Assembly (NCBI GenBank): GCA_024231905.1
Contig: JAAEQC010000102.1
Coordinates: 80,033 to 144,032 of the forward strand
Source of the DNA: a bacterium
GTDB lineage: Bacteria; Krumholzibacteriota; Krumholzibacteriia; LZORAL124-64-63
DNA length: 64,000 nt
Direction: 5' to 3'
In this document: positions 1 to 9,780 of the stretch, piece after piece
How the letters are laid out: each line of letters opens with the position of its first letter
Numbering within the stretch: the first letter of the stretch is position 1
Notes under the pieces: model-generated
Database searches by the model: none
Seen by the model: only the letters and a program-made list of their open reading frames with translations
Told to the model about the DNA's origin: nothing
Made by a program: the position numbers and the translations under genes

Positions 1-1
1 G

Positions 2-430
2 CGGCGGGGCGGTACGAAACTCGAAGCCAGCCGGTACATCCACGAGAAGGACGAGAACCGGACCATGTGGAACCGGTTCCTGTACGGTGTGGAGTCGCTG
101 GCCGACTGCGTCTATTACGACCAGGTCGTCAACCTGGAGGTGATGTCGGTGACCGAGGCGACCGGCATCGTCGAGCGGGCCACGACCTACCCGTGTTTCC
201 GCTGGCTGGACGAGGACCGGCAGGCCATCGACGACATCGCGCTCGCCACGCGGGTCAAGTCGATCCTCATGCAGAACTTCAACACGCGGATGTTCACCCT
301 CGACGTGCAGGCCGACGGCGGCACCGTCACGGTTACCGGTCGCGGGGACGAGGAGGCGGCCAAGGACGAGATCAGCCGGATCTGCCTCGCGGTTCCGGGC
401 GTCGAGAACGTGACCGTGGTCCACGAATGA
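2..430 (+). CDS. BON-domain protein, 5' partial (reading frame is open to the window edge)
   Basis: ORF 65..430 stays open in-frame upstream to position 2. The C-terminal region TVTVTGRGDEEAAKDEISRICLAVPGVENVTV resembles a BON (OsmY-like) domain. Confidence 0.45.
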   Translation, partial: RRGGTKLEASRYIHEKDENRTMWNRFLYGVESLADCVYYDQVVNLEVMSVTEATGIVERATTYPCFRWLDEDRQAIDDIALATRVKSILMQNFNTRMFTLDVQADGGTVTVTGRGDEEAAKDEISRICLAVPGVENVTVVHE

Positions 431-479
431 CGAAACGGCCCGCCCGGCCCGGCCGGGCGGCTGGAAAACGAGATACGCC

Positions 480-962
480 ATGAGCGAGACGACAACCGGC
501 TTCGACACCGGTGGCATCGATACCATCCTGGCCCGGTACGACGGCTTCGAGGGCCATTTGATCGGTATCCTCCACGAAGTGCAGAAGCTGTACAACTACC
601 TGCCGCGAGAGGCGCTCGAACGTGTGTCCGAACAGACCGGGTTCACGCTCGAGCGGCTCTACAGCATCGCGACGTTCTACAACTTCTTCAGCCTCGAGCC
701 TCGGGGCAAGCACGTCATCCGGGTCTGTACCGGTACGGCCTGCCACGTCAAGGGCGCCCCGCGCGTCCTCCAGGAAATCGAGGAAAGGCTGGAGATCTCC
801 TCGGACGAGACCACGCCGGACGGACAGTTCAGCATCGAGCATGTCCATTGCGTGGGCACGTGCAGTCTGGCACCGGTGGTCGTGGTCGACCAGGACACGC
901 ATTCCCACGTGAAACCGTCGAAGGTCCGCGCGCTGCTGAAGAACTACGAGGACAAGGGATGA
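480..962 (+). CDS. NuoE/HoxE/HndA-like thioredoxin-fold [2Fe-2S] subunit (NADH dehydrogenase 24 kDa family)
   Basis: 160 aa with CTGTAC...CVGTC cysteine motifs typical of the 24-kDa subunit family. ATG start at 480, followed by the NuoF-like gene. Confidence 0.85.
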   Translation: MSETTTGFDTGGIDTILARYDGFEGHLIGILHEVQKLYNYLPREALERVSEQTGFTLERLYSIATFYNFFSLEPRGKHVIRVCTGTACHVKGAPRVLQEIEERLEISSDETTPDGQFSIEHVHCVGTCSLAPVVVVDQDTHSHVKPSKVRALLKNYEDKG

Positions 963-1026
963 TCCCGGCGGCACACCGCCCCGGCCGCGGGGCCGGCGAC
1001 GGTACGCACGGGGACAACCGAAGGCG

Positions 1027-2859
1027 TTGCACTTGAACCAGAATACGAACAACGACCGCCCCGGGGGCGGCAGCGGACGAGCGATCGTCATCCGTGTCTG
1101 CGTGGGCACGGGGGGTATCGCCGCCGGCGCCCACGAGGTCATGGCGGAGTTCCGCTCCCAGTTCCTGCAGCAGGGCGTGGACGGCCGCGTCCAGGGACGA
1201 CCCTGCTCCTGCGACATCAAACAGGTCGGCTGCCGCGGCTTCTGCGCGCGCGACCTGCTGGTCGACGTGGAAGTGGACGGCCGGACGCACACCTACCAGA
1301 AGGTGAAGAAGACCTACGTCAAACGGATCGTCCAGGACCACATCCTCCTGGGGGAGCCCGTGGCCTCGTGGCTTGTCGGCGACGACTATGCCCAGTTCCA
1401 TGACCAGCAGGAGAAGATCCTGCTCGCCGAGTGCGGCACCGTCGACCCCGAGGACATCGATTCCTACATCGAGTACCACGGCTACGAGGGCGCCCGCAAG
1501 GCCCTCGGCGGGATGAAGCCCGAGGAGGTCATCGACGAGGTCACGCGGTCGGTGCTGCGCGGCCGGGGCGGGGGCGGCTTCCCCGCCGGCCGGAAGTGGA
1601 CATCCACCCGCCGGGCCGCCGGAGAGCCCAAATACGTGATCTGCAACGCGGACGAGGGGGATCCGGGCGCCTTCATGGACCGGGCCCTGCTTGAAGGAAC
1701 CCCGCACGCGGTCATCGAGGGCATGCTCATCGGCGCCTACGCCGTCGGCTCCTGCGAAGGCTTCATCTATGTGCGTGCCGAGTACACCCTGGCCGTGGAA
1801 CGCTTCCAGACCGCCCTGGACCAGGCCTACGAACACGGCTTTCTGGGCAAGGACATCCTCGGCAGCGGTTTCGACTTCGACCTGAGCATCCGTCTCGGCG
1901 CCGGCGCCTTCGTCTGCGGCGAGGCCAGCGCCCTGTGCATGTCCATCATGGACCGCATCGGCACGCCCTGGCCCAAGCCGCCCCGGCTGGCCGAGAAGGG
2001 CCTGTGGGGCAAGCCCACCAACGTGAACAACGTGGAGACCTGGGCCAACGTTCCCAAGATCATCCGCCACGGCGCCGAGTGGTTCGCGTCCATCGGGACT
2101 CCCAAGTCCACGGGCACGAAGATCTTCTCCCTGGTGGGCAAGATCAACAACACGGGCCTGGTGGAGGTGCCCATGGGCATCTCCCTGCGCACCATCATCG
2201 AGGACATCGGGGGGGGCATCCCCAAGGGCAAGAAGTTCAAGGCGGTGCAGACCGGCGGTCCTTCCGGCGGTTGCATCCCAGCCGAGCACCTGGACTCGCC
2301 GGTGGACTTCGAGACCCTCGAAGAGTTGGGCTCGATCATGGGTTCGGGGGGCATGGTCGTCATGGACGAGGACACGTGCATGGTGGACGTGGCCAAGTAC
2401 TTCGTGACCTTCTGTCGGGACGAGAGCTGCGGCCAGTGCACGCCCTGCCGCGACGGCACGGCCCAGATGGTGCAGCTTCTGGAGGACATCTGTGAGGGTC
2501 GGGGAACCCCCGAGCACATCACCAAGCTGGAACAGCTCTCGGAACTGGCCACTCTCGGTTCCCTGTGCGGGCTCGGCAAGGCGGCGGCCAACCCGGTGCT
2601 GTCGACCCTGCGCTTCTTCCGCGACGAGTACGACGCCCACGTCAACGACAAGCGTTGCCCGGGCGGCGTGTGCAAGGCCCTGCACACCCTGCACATCAAC
2701 GCCGACCTCTGCACCGGTTGCCGGGTCTGCGCGGTGGCCTGCCCGGTCGAGGCCATCACCGGCGAGAAGAAGCAGCCTCACGTGATCGACAACGAGATCT
2801 GTACCCGGTGCGGCAGCTGCTACGATGTCTGCCGCTTCGACGCGATCTACAAGGAGTAG
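1027..2859 (+). CDS. NuoF/HydB/HndC-like 51-kDa flavoprotein subunit with N-terminal [2Fe-2S] Trx-like domain and C-terminal 2x[4Fe-4S] ferredoxin domain
   Basis: GRGGGGFPAGRKW (FMN/NADH site), ESCGQCTPCRDG (N3 [4Fe-4S]) and C-terminal CTGCRVCAVACP...CTRCGSCYDVC. The start appears to be TTG at 1027, so exact start is uncertain. Confidence 0.85.
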   Translation: MHLNQNTNNDRPGGGSGRAIVIRVCVGTGGIAAGAHEVMAEFRSQFLQQGVDGRVQGRPCSCDIKQVGCRGFCARDLLVDVEVDGRTHTYQKVKKTYVKRIVQDHILLGEPVASWLVGDDYAQFHDQQEKILLAECGTVDPEDIDSYIEYHGYEGARKALGGMKPEEVIDEVTRSVLRGRGGGGFPAGRKWTSTRRAAGEPKYVICNADEGDPGAFMDRALLEGTPHAVIEGMLIGAYAVGSCEGFIYVRAEYTLAVERFQTALDQAYEHGFLGKDILGSGFDFDLSIRLGAGAFVCGEASALCMSIMDRIGTPWPKPPRLAEKGLWGKPTNVNNVETWANVPKIIRHGAEWFASIGTPKSTGTKIFSLVGKINNTGLVEVPMGISLRTIIEDIGGGIPKGKKFKAVQTGGPSGGCIPAEHLDSPVDFETLEELGSIMGSGGMVVMDEDTCMVDVAKYFVTFCRDESCGQCTPCRDGTAQMVQLLEDICEGRGTPEHITKLEQLSELATLGSLCGLGKAAANPVLSTLRFFRDEYDAHVNDKRCPGGVCKALHTLHINADLCTGCRVCAVACPVEAITGEKKQPHVIDNEICTRCGSCYDVCRFDAIYKE

Positions 2860-2861
2860 CC

Positions 2862-3641
2862 GTGATCTCGATCCAGTTGAACGACCTGCAGGTCGAGTGC
2901 GAACAAGGCCGGACGATTCTCGAAGTCGCCCGTGCCCACGGTGTCGAGATTCCGACCCTCTGCCACCATCCGTCGCTGCCGCCGGCGGGATTGTGCCGCC
3001 TGTGCATCGTCGAGCAGGAATGGCCCGACGGGGAACGTTCGGTGAAGTCCTCCTGCACGCTCCAGGCCACCGACGGCATGAAGATCCTCACGGATACGGA
3101 CCGGGTGCATTCTCTGCGCGCCGGCGTCATCGAACTGCTCCTGCTGCGGGCGCCCCACGCCACGTCGATCCGCGACCTGGCCAATCTCTACGGCGTCGAG
3201 CAACCCGCCCTGACGCAGTTGCAGGAACCCGACGGTTGCGTCCTTTGCGGCCTGTGTGTGCGCACCTGCGAGCAGTCCATGGCCCGCGAGGCCATCACCT
3301 GCGCCCAGCGTTCCACCGGACGCTCGGTGGCCACGGCCTTCCACGACCGTTCGGAGAACTGCGTGGGCTGTGGTTCCTGTGTGAACGTGTGCCCCACGGG
3401 CGTGCTCCACCTGGAGCAGCAGGACGGCGTCCGCCGTATCTTCTGGAACGACCAGCTACTGAACGAGACCGAACTGGTGCCCTGCGAGGACTGCGGGGAC
3501 GAGTTCACCACGCGGCAGTTGCTGGACTGGACCGCCCAGCGGGGCAAGCCCAACGCCGTCGATACCGAACACCCGGTCTGTCCGGCCTGTGCCCGCCAGC
3601 GGCAGGCCCGCCGCATGGCGCGGCCCCTGGCCCGGTACTGA
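2862..3641 (+). CDS. HoxU / NuoG-N-terminal-like [2Fe-2S]+[4Fe-4S] subunit (259 aa) with no catalytic domain
   Basis: GTG start 3 nt after the upstream TAG and preceded by AAGGAG. Plant-type 2Fe-2S motif (CHHPSL...CRLC), a His/Cys3 cluster and CVLCGLCVRTC / CVGCGSCVNVCP ferredoxin motifs. It ends after about 260 aa. Confidence 0.75.
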   Translation: MISIQLNDLQVECEQGRTILEVARAHGVEIPTLCHHPSLPPAGLCRLCIVEQEWPDGERSVKSSCTLQATDGMKILTDTDRVHSLRAGVIELLLLRAPHATSIRDLANLYGVEQPALTQLQEPDGCVLCGLCVRTCEQSMAREAITCAQRSTGRSVATAFHDRSENCVGCGSCVNVCPTGVLHLEQQDGVRRIFWNDQLLNETELVPCEDCGDEFTTRQLLDWTAQRGKPNAVDTEHPVCPACARQRQARRMARPLARY

Positions 3642-3678
3642 GCGCCCGCCGCCGGCGGCGCCCGAGGAGGATGATCCC

Positions 3679-4431
3679 ATGGCGCTGCCGTTGCTCCTGG
3701 CGGTGATTTTTCTGTCTTCCCTGGTGCTGACCATGGTCGGTCTCGGCGGTGGCCTGATCTTCTCGCCGCTGTTCGTGCTGCTGGACTTCCCCGTGAGCCA
3801 GGCCGTGTCGGCCTCCCTGCTACTCAACGGCATCGCGGCCGTGTCCGCAGCTTCGGTGTACCTGAGCAAACGCATGGTGGACATGGCGCTGGCCGTGCCG
3901 CTGATCGTCACCTCCGTGGCCGGGGCCCCCCTGGGGGCGCTCATGACCTCCCGGGTGGACGTGCGCCTGTTCACGGGACTGCTGGCGGCGGTGGTCTTCC
4001 TGGCGGCCCTGCGCATGATTTTTGGCCGGAAGGGCGCCGACGGCCGGCGGGAGATCGGCCGTACCCACCGGATCGTGGGCGGGGGGCTGATCGGCCTGGG
4101 CATCGGCTTCCTGGGGGGGATGCTGGGCATCGGCGGCGGCGTGTTCATCGTGCCGCTCTTGATCTACGTGCTGGGCGTACCCACCAAGACGGCGGCGGCC
4201 TCGTCCATCTTCATCGTCTGCTTCTCCTCCTTTGCCGGATTCGCCACCCACGCCGCCCGGGCGGACGTGGACTGGCGCTTCCTGGGTCTGGCTGCGGTCT
4301 GCTCCTTCGCCGGGGGGCAGATCGGTTCGCGGATCATGGCGGACCGGCTCCGGGGGCGCACCGTACGCCTGGTTTTCGGGGTCGTGCTGCTGGCCTTCTG
4401 CGCCCGGCTCGTGTCGCGGATCGTCGCCTGA
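3679..4431 (+). CDS. TauE/SafE (DUF81) family sulfite/anion exporter, polytopic membrane protein
   Basis: Glycine-rich hydrophobic repeats (GLGGGLIFSPLFV.., GIGGGVFIVPLLIYVLG) typical of TauE/SafE. The ATG follows GAGGAGGATGA. Confidence 0.75.
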   Translation: MALPLLLAVIFLSSLVLTMVGLGGGLIFSPLFVLLDFPVSQAVSASLLLNGIAAVSAASVYLSKRMVDMALAVPLIVTSVAGAPLGALMTSRVDVRLFTGLLAAVVFLAALRMIFGRKGADGRREIGRTHRIVGGGLIGLGIGFLGGMLGIGGGVFIVPLLIYVLGVPTKTAAASSIFIVCFSSFAGFATHAARADVDWRFLGLAAVCSFAGGQIGSRIMADRLRGRTVRLVFGVVLLAFCARLVSRIVA

Positions 4432-4575
4432 ACCACCGGTAGCGGCGACCGCCCCGGCCCCGCGCGAAACAATCCCCGGCCGATCCGGTTTTGAGGTGCA
4501 GAATTCGGCTCCGAGGATATTGTCAAGGGCCGCTCCATGTGCCACATTGTCGGGTACTGTTCTCAGGTCAGGGAC

Positions 4576-4606
4576 GATCCCGCCCGAGTCGCGGGATCCG
4601 GTTTTC
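4576..4606 (+). terminator. GC hairpin plus T-run about 22 nt upstream of the pckG start codon (terminator or attenuator-like)
   Basis: gatcccgc-ccgagtc-gcgggatc followed by cggtttt. Confidence 0.4.
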
Positions 4607-4627
4607 ATGGCATAGAAGGAGGCAGAG

Positions 4628-6586
4628 ATGCTGGAGTTGAAGAAGGGTGTCGACATCCTCTCCCATTGCGGTGGGATCGAGTCGCTCGATGAAGCCAAGA
4701 AGCTTTTCGCCGAGAAGATGAACGCGGAGCACCTGGCCCGCCTGGATAAGATCAAGACCGGTGACGCCCTCCTGAAGATCGCCAACGCGATCGCGCTGTG
4801 CCAGCCGGACAGCGTCTTCATCTCCACCGGCTCCCCCGAGGACATGGCCGCGGCCAAGAAGATGAGCCTCGACAAGGGCGAAGAGAAGACGCTTGCCATG
4901 AAGGACCACACGATCCACTTCGACCTGCCCGAGGAGCAGGGCCGGATCGTCGACCGCACCTACTACATCATCAACGAGGGCGAGCCCGTCAGCGTGCTGG
5001 GCAAGAAGATGATCCGCGACGAGGCCCTGGCCTACGTCAAGGAGCAGATGACCGGCATCATGAAGGGCAAGACCATGCTGGTCGGCTTCTTCAGCCGCGG
5101 TCCGGCCGGCGCCAAGATGGCCCTGCCCGCCCTGGAGATCACCTCGTCCACCTACGTCATGCACTCGGGCGACATCCTCTACCGCCACTGCTACGACCGC
5201 TTCGACGAGCAGGTCGAGAAGTCGGGCACGTTCCTGACCAACGTCCACTCCGAGGGCCAGAACCGCCCCGAGGACCTGCCCAACGCCCGCGTCTTCATGG
5301 ACCGCAGCTGGCTGACGACGTTCTCCATGTTCTGCACCTACGCCGGCAACACCCTGTTGCTGAAGAAGGGCAACCACCGCTTCGCCGTGGACCTGGCCAC
5401 CTACTACGGCAAGGGCCAGGAGCTCTCCGAGCACATGTTCATCACGGGCATGGAAGAGGACAGCGGCCGGATCACCTGGTTCGCCGGCGCCGCGCCCAGT
5501 GGCTGCGGCAAGACCACCACGGCCATGGCCGGCACCGAGTTCGTGGGTGACGACCTGGCCCAGATGTGGATCGCCGAGGACGGCACCATGCGGGCCATCA
5601 ACCCCGAGCAGGGCATCTTCGGTATCGTGGCCGACGTGAACCGCGAGGGCGACCCGTTCCTGATGAAAAACCTGCGCGAGGAAGGGACCGAGATCATCTG
5701 GTCCAACGTGCTGATCGACGACAAGGGCGTTCCCCACTGGACCGGTAACGGCGAAGAGCACGCCGACAAGGGCGTCAACTTCCAGGGCGAGTGGACCAAG
5801 GGCAAGAAGAACGCCGAGGGCAAGGAGATCCCCATCTCCCACCCCAACGCGCGTTGCACCCTGCGTTGCCGGGACATCGGCAACTACAGCAACACGACCG
5901 GCGAGGATCCCGCGGGCGCGCCGGTGAAGGTCGTTACCTACTCCGGCCGTGACGCCGACACCATGCCTCCGGTGTGGGCCGGCAAGAACTCGGACCACGG
6001 CGTGGTCATCGGCGCCTCCATCGTCTCGGCCGCTACGGCGACCGAGGTGGGGGCTTCCGGCGTCAAGCGCCAGCCCTGGGCCAACGCGCCGTTCATCCCC
6101 GGCGCCCTGGCCGACTACATGCGCGTACAGTTCCAGTTCTACGGCAGCGACAAGTACACCGACGCCGGCAAGCCCGTCCTGGCCGGTCTGAACTACTTCC
6201 TGACCAACGAGGCTCGCGGCGGCGAGGGCCGGGCCCTGCTGGGCGAGAAGCGCGACGTGAAGGCCTGGCTGACCTGGCTGGCCCGTTACGCCCACGGCGA
6301 CTACAAGGGCATCGAGACGCCGGTCGGCTTCATTCCCCGGTACGAAGAGATGAAGCAGACCTTCGCGGACACGATCCAGAAGGACTATCCGAGGGATCTG
6401 TACGACAAACAGTTCTCCATCTACATCGACAACATCCTCGGCCGCATCGAACTGCAGCGCGAGGCCTTCGGCAAGGAAGAGAACCTGCCGGAGCAGCTGT
6501 TCAAGGTGTACGACGAGTGGGAGGCCGGACTCAACGAACTGAAGGGCAAGTTCGGCGCCATCGTGACGCCGGATCAGCTCGGCTAG
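4628..6586 (+). CDS. pckG: Phosphoenolpyruvate carboxykinase (GTP)
   Basis: 652 aa. PSGCGKTTTAM resembles the PSACGKTNLAM kinase-1a motif, and GNTLLLKKGNHRF resembles GNSLLGKKCFALR. Strong RBS GAAGGAGG. Confidence 0.85.
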   Translation: MLELKKGVDILSHCGGIESLDEAKKLFAEKMNAEHLARLDKIKTGDALLKIANAIALCQPDSVFISTGSPEDMAAAKKMSLDKGEEKTLAMKDHTIHFDLPEEQGRIVDRTYYIINEGEPVSVLGKKMIRDEALAYVKEQMTGIMKGKTMLVGFFSRGPAGAKMALPALEITSSTYVMHSGDILYRHCYDRFDEQVEKSGTFLTNVHSEGQNRPEDLPNARVFMDRSWLTTFSMFCTYAGNTLLLKKGNHRFAVDLATYYGKGQELSEHMFITGMEEDSGRITWFAGAAPSGCGKTTTAMAGTEFVGDDLAQMWIAEDGTMRAINPEQGIFGIVADVNREGDPFLMKNLREEGTEIIWSNVLIDDKGVPHWTGNGEEHADKGVNFQGEWTKGKKNAEGKEIPISHPNARCTLRCRDIGNYSNTTGEDPAGAPVKVVTYSGRDADTMPPVWAGKNSDHGVVIGASIVSAATATEVGASGVKRQPWANAPFIPGALADYMRVQFQFYGSDKYTDAGKPVLAGLNYFLTNEARGGEGRALLGEKRDVKAWLTWLARYAHGDYKGIETPVGFIPRYEEMKQTFADTIQKDYPRDLYDKQFSIYIDNILGRIELQREAFGKEENLPEQLFKVYDEWEAGLNELKGKFGAIVTPDQLG

Positions 6587-6608
6587 CCGATCCGACCGCA
6601 GGACAGAC

Positions 6609-6642
6609 GAGGCGCCCGGTTCGCGAGAGCCGGGCGCCTTGG
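6609..6642 (+). terminator. Hairpin terminator downstream of pckG
   Basis: ggcgcccgg-ttcgcgagag-ccgggcgcc followed by ttgg. Confidence 0.4.
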
Positions 6643-6804
6643 CGTATTCGGGAACCGTCACGGCCGCCCCGGTGAACGACAGCCGGACAATCATGCTCCT
6701 GGATCGAGCCCCCCAATCTGTGGTATAGATTGTCGAGAACGGTACGGCAACGGGTGGGCGCGGGTATCGCGTGCACCGACCACGCCTCCGGTCCGAGGTG
6801 TAAG

Positions 6805-8817
6805 ATGGCCCCGACGAGCGAGAGCCACTTCGGTCACGATTCCGGGGAAACGAGCGTCGGCAGCAGAGAAGACCTGCAGACGGTGCTGGACGGCATTTCC
6901 GCGGGCGTCATCCTCCAGCATGCCTCGGGCAAGATCCTCACCTGGAATCGCACCGCCGCCCACATATTCGGCCTCGAGGCCAGGGATATCGTCGGCCGCG
7001 CGACCGCGGATGCCGAGTGGGCCACGATCCGCGAGGACGGCTCCCCGCTCCCCGGCCGCGACCACCCTTCCATGGTCACCCTGCGCACGGGCCGGCCCTG
7101 TCGGGGCCAGGTCATGGGCGTGCGCCAACCGAACGGCAACTACCGCTGGATCTCCATCGACACCGAACCCATCTTCGCCACCGAAGCCGGCGCCATCGAA
7201 GCGGTCGCCATCTCCTTCACCGACATCACCGAGCAGCGGCAGGTGGCCGCCGACCTGGTGCGGAGCCGGCGCAGCATGGCCACGCTCCTGGGCAACCTGC
7301 CGGGCATGGTGTACCGCTGCCAGAATGATCCCGACTGGACGTTCGACTACGTGAGCGAAGGCTGTCTCGGATTGACCGGCTACGAGCCCGACAACCTGGT
7401 CAACAGCCGGACCATCTCCTACGCCGAGATCATCCATCCCGAGGACCGGCAACTGGTCTGGGACGGGGTCCAGGAGGCGCTGGCGGCGGGACACGAGTTC
7501 GAACTCGAATACCGGATCATCACGAGATCGGGCCAGGTGCGCTGGATGTGGGAACGCGGCATCATGGTGCCCGGGGACCTGGGCGAACCAGACCTGCTCG
7601 AGGGCTTCATCACCGATATCACACCCCGCAAGCGGGCCGAAGAAGAACGCGTGGGCCTGGAGTTGCGCCTGCGGCAGTCCCAGAAGATCGAGGCCATGGG
7701 CACCATCGCCGGGGGGATCGCCCACGACTTCAACAACATCCTTGCTTCGATCATGGGCTACGCGGAACTGGCGCTGCTCGATGCGGAGCCGGAATCGGAC
7801 CTGCAATCGTCCCTGGACGCGGTGGTCAAGGCCAGCCTCCGGGCGCGGGACCTGGTCTCCCAGATCCTCACCTTCAGCCGGGGAGGGGAACACGACCGGC
7901 GTCCGGTGCGGCTGGACGGCATCGTGGACGAAGCGGTCGGCATGCTGCGCTCGGTCCTGCCTTCCACGGTGGGAATCGAGGTTGTCGTCGACGGCGCGCC
8001 GCCTGTCATCGACGCGGATCCGTCGGAGCTCCATCAGGTGGTCGTGAATCTGGCCACCAACGCCGTGCACGCCATCGAACCGAACACCGGCACCATCACC
8101 ATCACCGTGGGCGCCACCGAGGTCGCCGCCCACGAACTGACCGCGGGCGAACTCGCTTCCGGCCGCTACGCTTGCCTGGAGGTCCGGGACAACGGTTGCG
8201 GCATTCCCACCTCCAGTCTGGGCTCCATCTTCGACCCTTACTTCACGACCCAGGTGAACGGCAAGGGCACGGGCCTGGGCCTGGCCGTGGTCCACGGCAT
8301 CGTCCTGGCCCACGGGGGTGGCCTGAGGGTCGTCAGCACGCCGGAGGTCGGCTCGGTTTTCGCCGTGTACCTACCGCTCTGCGCGACCGGCACCGCCGAG
8401 GATCCTCCCGCGTCCGGAGAACCGGTGGGTGACGTCTGCGGCCATATCCTGGTGGTGGACGACGAGGAATCGCTGGTCGTGCTCAGGACCCGGGAGCTGT
8501 GCCGTCAGGGCTGCGAGGTCACCGCGGTCACGGACAGCCTGCAGGCGCTGGCCCTGTTCCAGGCGGATCCCCAGGCGTTCGATCTGGTGATCACGGATAT
8601 GACCATGCCGGGCATGGCCGGGGACGAACTCTTCCGGGCGATCCGGTCCGTGCGCGCGGACCTGCCGGTGGTGATCTGCACCGGTTACAGCGAGCGCCTG
8701 GGCAAGCTGGCGGACCGGGAATCGACGCCGGACGCGATCATCCACAAGCCCGTGCGCCACGAGGAGTTCCTGGCCACGGTGCGGAAACTGCTGTCGCGGC
8801 CGCGGCCCGGTCGCTGA
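6805..8817 (+). CDS. Hybrid sensor histidine kinase (two PAS domains, HisKA, HATPase_c, C-terminal receiver)
   Basis: PAS-like blocks, an H-box (GIAHDFNNIL), an HATPase G-box region and a C-terminal receiver (ILVVDDEES...DLVITDMTMPGM). The start could be 6730 or 6805. Confidence 0.8.
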   Translation: MAPTSESHFGHDSGETSVGSREDLQTVLDGISAGVILQHASGKILTWNRTAAHIFGLEARDIVGRATADAEWATIREDGSPLPGRDHPSMVTLRTGRPCRGQVMGVRQPNGNYRWISIDTEPIFATEAGAIEAVAISFTDITEQRQVAADLVRSRRSMATLLGNLPGMVYRCQNDPDWTFDYVSEGCLGLTGYEPDNLVNSRTISYAEIIHPEDRQLVWDGVQEALAAGHEFELEYRIITRSGQVRWMWERGIMVPGDLGEPDLLEGFITDITPRKRAEEERVGLELRLRQSQKIEAMGTIAGGIAHDFNNILASIMGYAELALLDAEPESDLQSSLDAVVKASLRARDLVSQILTFSRGGEHDRRPVRLDGIVDEAVGMLRSVLPSTVGIEVVVDGAPPVIDADPSELHQVVVNLATNAVHAIEPNTGTITITVGATEVAAHELTAGELASGRYACLEVRDNGCGIPTSSLGSIFDPYFTTQVNGKGTGLGLAVVHGIVLAHGGGLRVVSTPEVGSVFAVYLPLCATGTAEDPPASGEPVGDVCGHILVVDDEESLVVLRTRELCRQGCEVTAVTDSLQALALFQADPQAFDLVITDMTMPGMAGDELFRAIRSVRADLPVVICTGYSERLGKLADRESTPDAIIHKPVRHEEFLATVRKLLSRPRPGR

Positions 8818-8946
8818 ACCGGCCCCCCCCTCCCGCCCCGAGAATCTTTGATCCCCATTGAAAACCCGTATTCGCAAACCCGCCGGTTAGGGGTGCAATT
8901 GCCGACGTTCGCACTTTCGCATGAGATGGACAACGTGGTGGAGGGG

Positions 8947-9729
8947 ATGATGAAGAGGAACCTTATTCATGCGCTGCTGGCAATGTCGCTGCTGGTCCTG
9001 GTCTGGGGCTGCGGGGACGACGACGATCCCACCGAGACGGCCAACAAGCTCACCGGCACCTTCAGCATCAACGACGGGAATCCGCAGACGGATTCGCGCG
9101 CCGTCACCCTGCTCTACGACGTGGCCGAGGCCGACTCCGCGCGCTTCTGCAACGTCGGCAGCGCCTGGACCACGTGGCTGCCGATCCCGGTGGTCAAGGC
9201 ATCCCGGGCCTGGGCTCTCGAAGGCGACGACGGGGTCAAGACCGTCCAGGCCGAATTCAAGTCCACCGACGGCCGCACCCTGGACCTGGAGGACGACATC
9301 GAGTTGGACACTGTGCGCACCCGCATCCTGATCCTCGACGACAACGGCTACGAGATCGATCTGGATATCGCGACGCTCCTGGAGATCCTGCCCCTGACCT
9401 ACGACGGCGACTACTGCGACGACGGTGGAGGAGTCTGTCCGGAGACCTACACGCGGATGATCGACCATCCGATCACCGAGGGTCTGCCGGCCACGTTCGT
9501 CACGCCCAACGATTGGACCTACAGTTTCTTGGCGGTCCACGACGCCTCCCTGGCCACGGGCATCCAGGTGCTGTTCGAGGGTTCCAACAGCGGTGCGGCG
9601 CTGGGGATCGGAACCTACGGCAGCGGCAGCACGGTGCATTGGAGCATGGCCGGCGAGTACGACGGGGACGCGATCTGGTCCGCCGAAACCGAGCGCATCC
9701 TGACGAACATAGCGGCGTTCGCCGACTAG
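8947..9729 (+). CDS. Hypothetical lipoprotein
   Basis: Signal peptide with lipobox (LLVLVWGC) after an MMKRN start preceded by GGAGGGG. No recognisable catalytic motif. Acidic and cysteine-containing. Confidence 0.55.
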   Translation: MMKRNLIHALLAMSLLVLVWGCGDDDDPTETANKLTGTFSINDGNPQTDSRAVTLLYDVAEADSARFCNVGSAWTTWLPIPVVKASRAWALEGDDGVKTVQAEFKSTDGRTLDLEDDIELDTVRTRILILDDNGYEIDLDIATLLEILPLTYDGDYCDDGGGVCPETYTRMIDHPITEGLPATFVTPNDWTYSFLAVHDASLATGIQVLFEGSNSGAALGIGTYGSGSTVHWSMAGEYDGDAIWSAETERILTNIAAFAD

Positions 9730-9780
9730 GGCGGGCGTACCTGCGCAGTACGACGGCCCGTCCCCACATGGGGCGGGCCG

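Noticed and set aside
829-2781. 650-aa minus-strand ORF antisense to the NuoF-like gene, and similar long antisense ORFs at 4568-6694, 6691-8313, 18360-20147, 22107-24071, 24145-26514, 46295-49000 and the 5' 700 aa of 58462-62361.
   Set aside because: Arg/Gly/Ala/Pro-rich low-complexity translations typical of shadow ORFs in very GC-rich DNA. Each lies opposite a gene with clear homology motifs and a good RBS.
2565-2861. Upstream 5' extension of the HoxU-like ORF (starting at 2565), overlapping the NuoF-like gene's 3' end.
   Set aside because: That extension overlaps the well-supported NuoF-like C-terminus in another frame. The GTG at 2862 with an AAGGAG RBS gives a protein beginning exactly at the 2Fe-2S domain.
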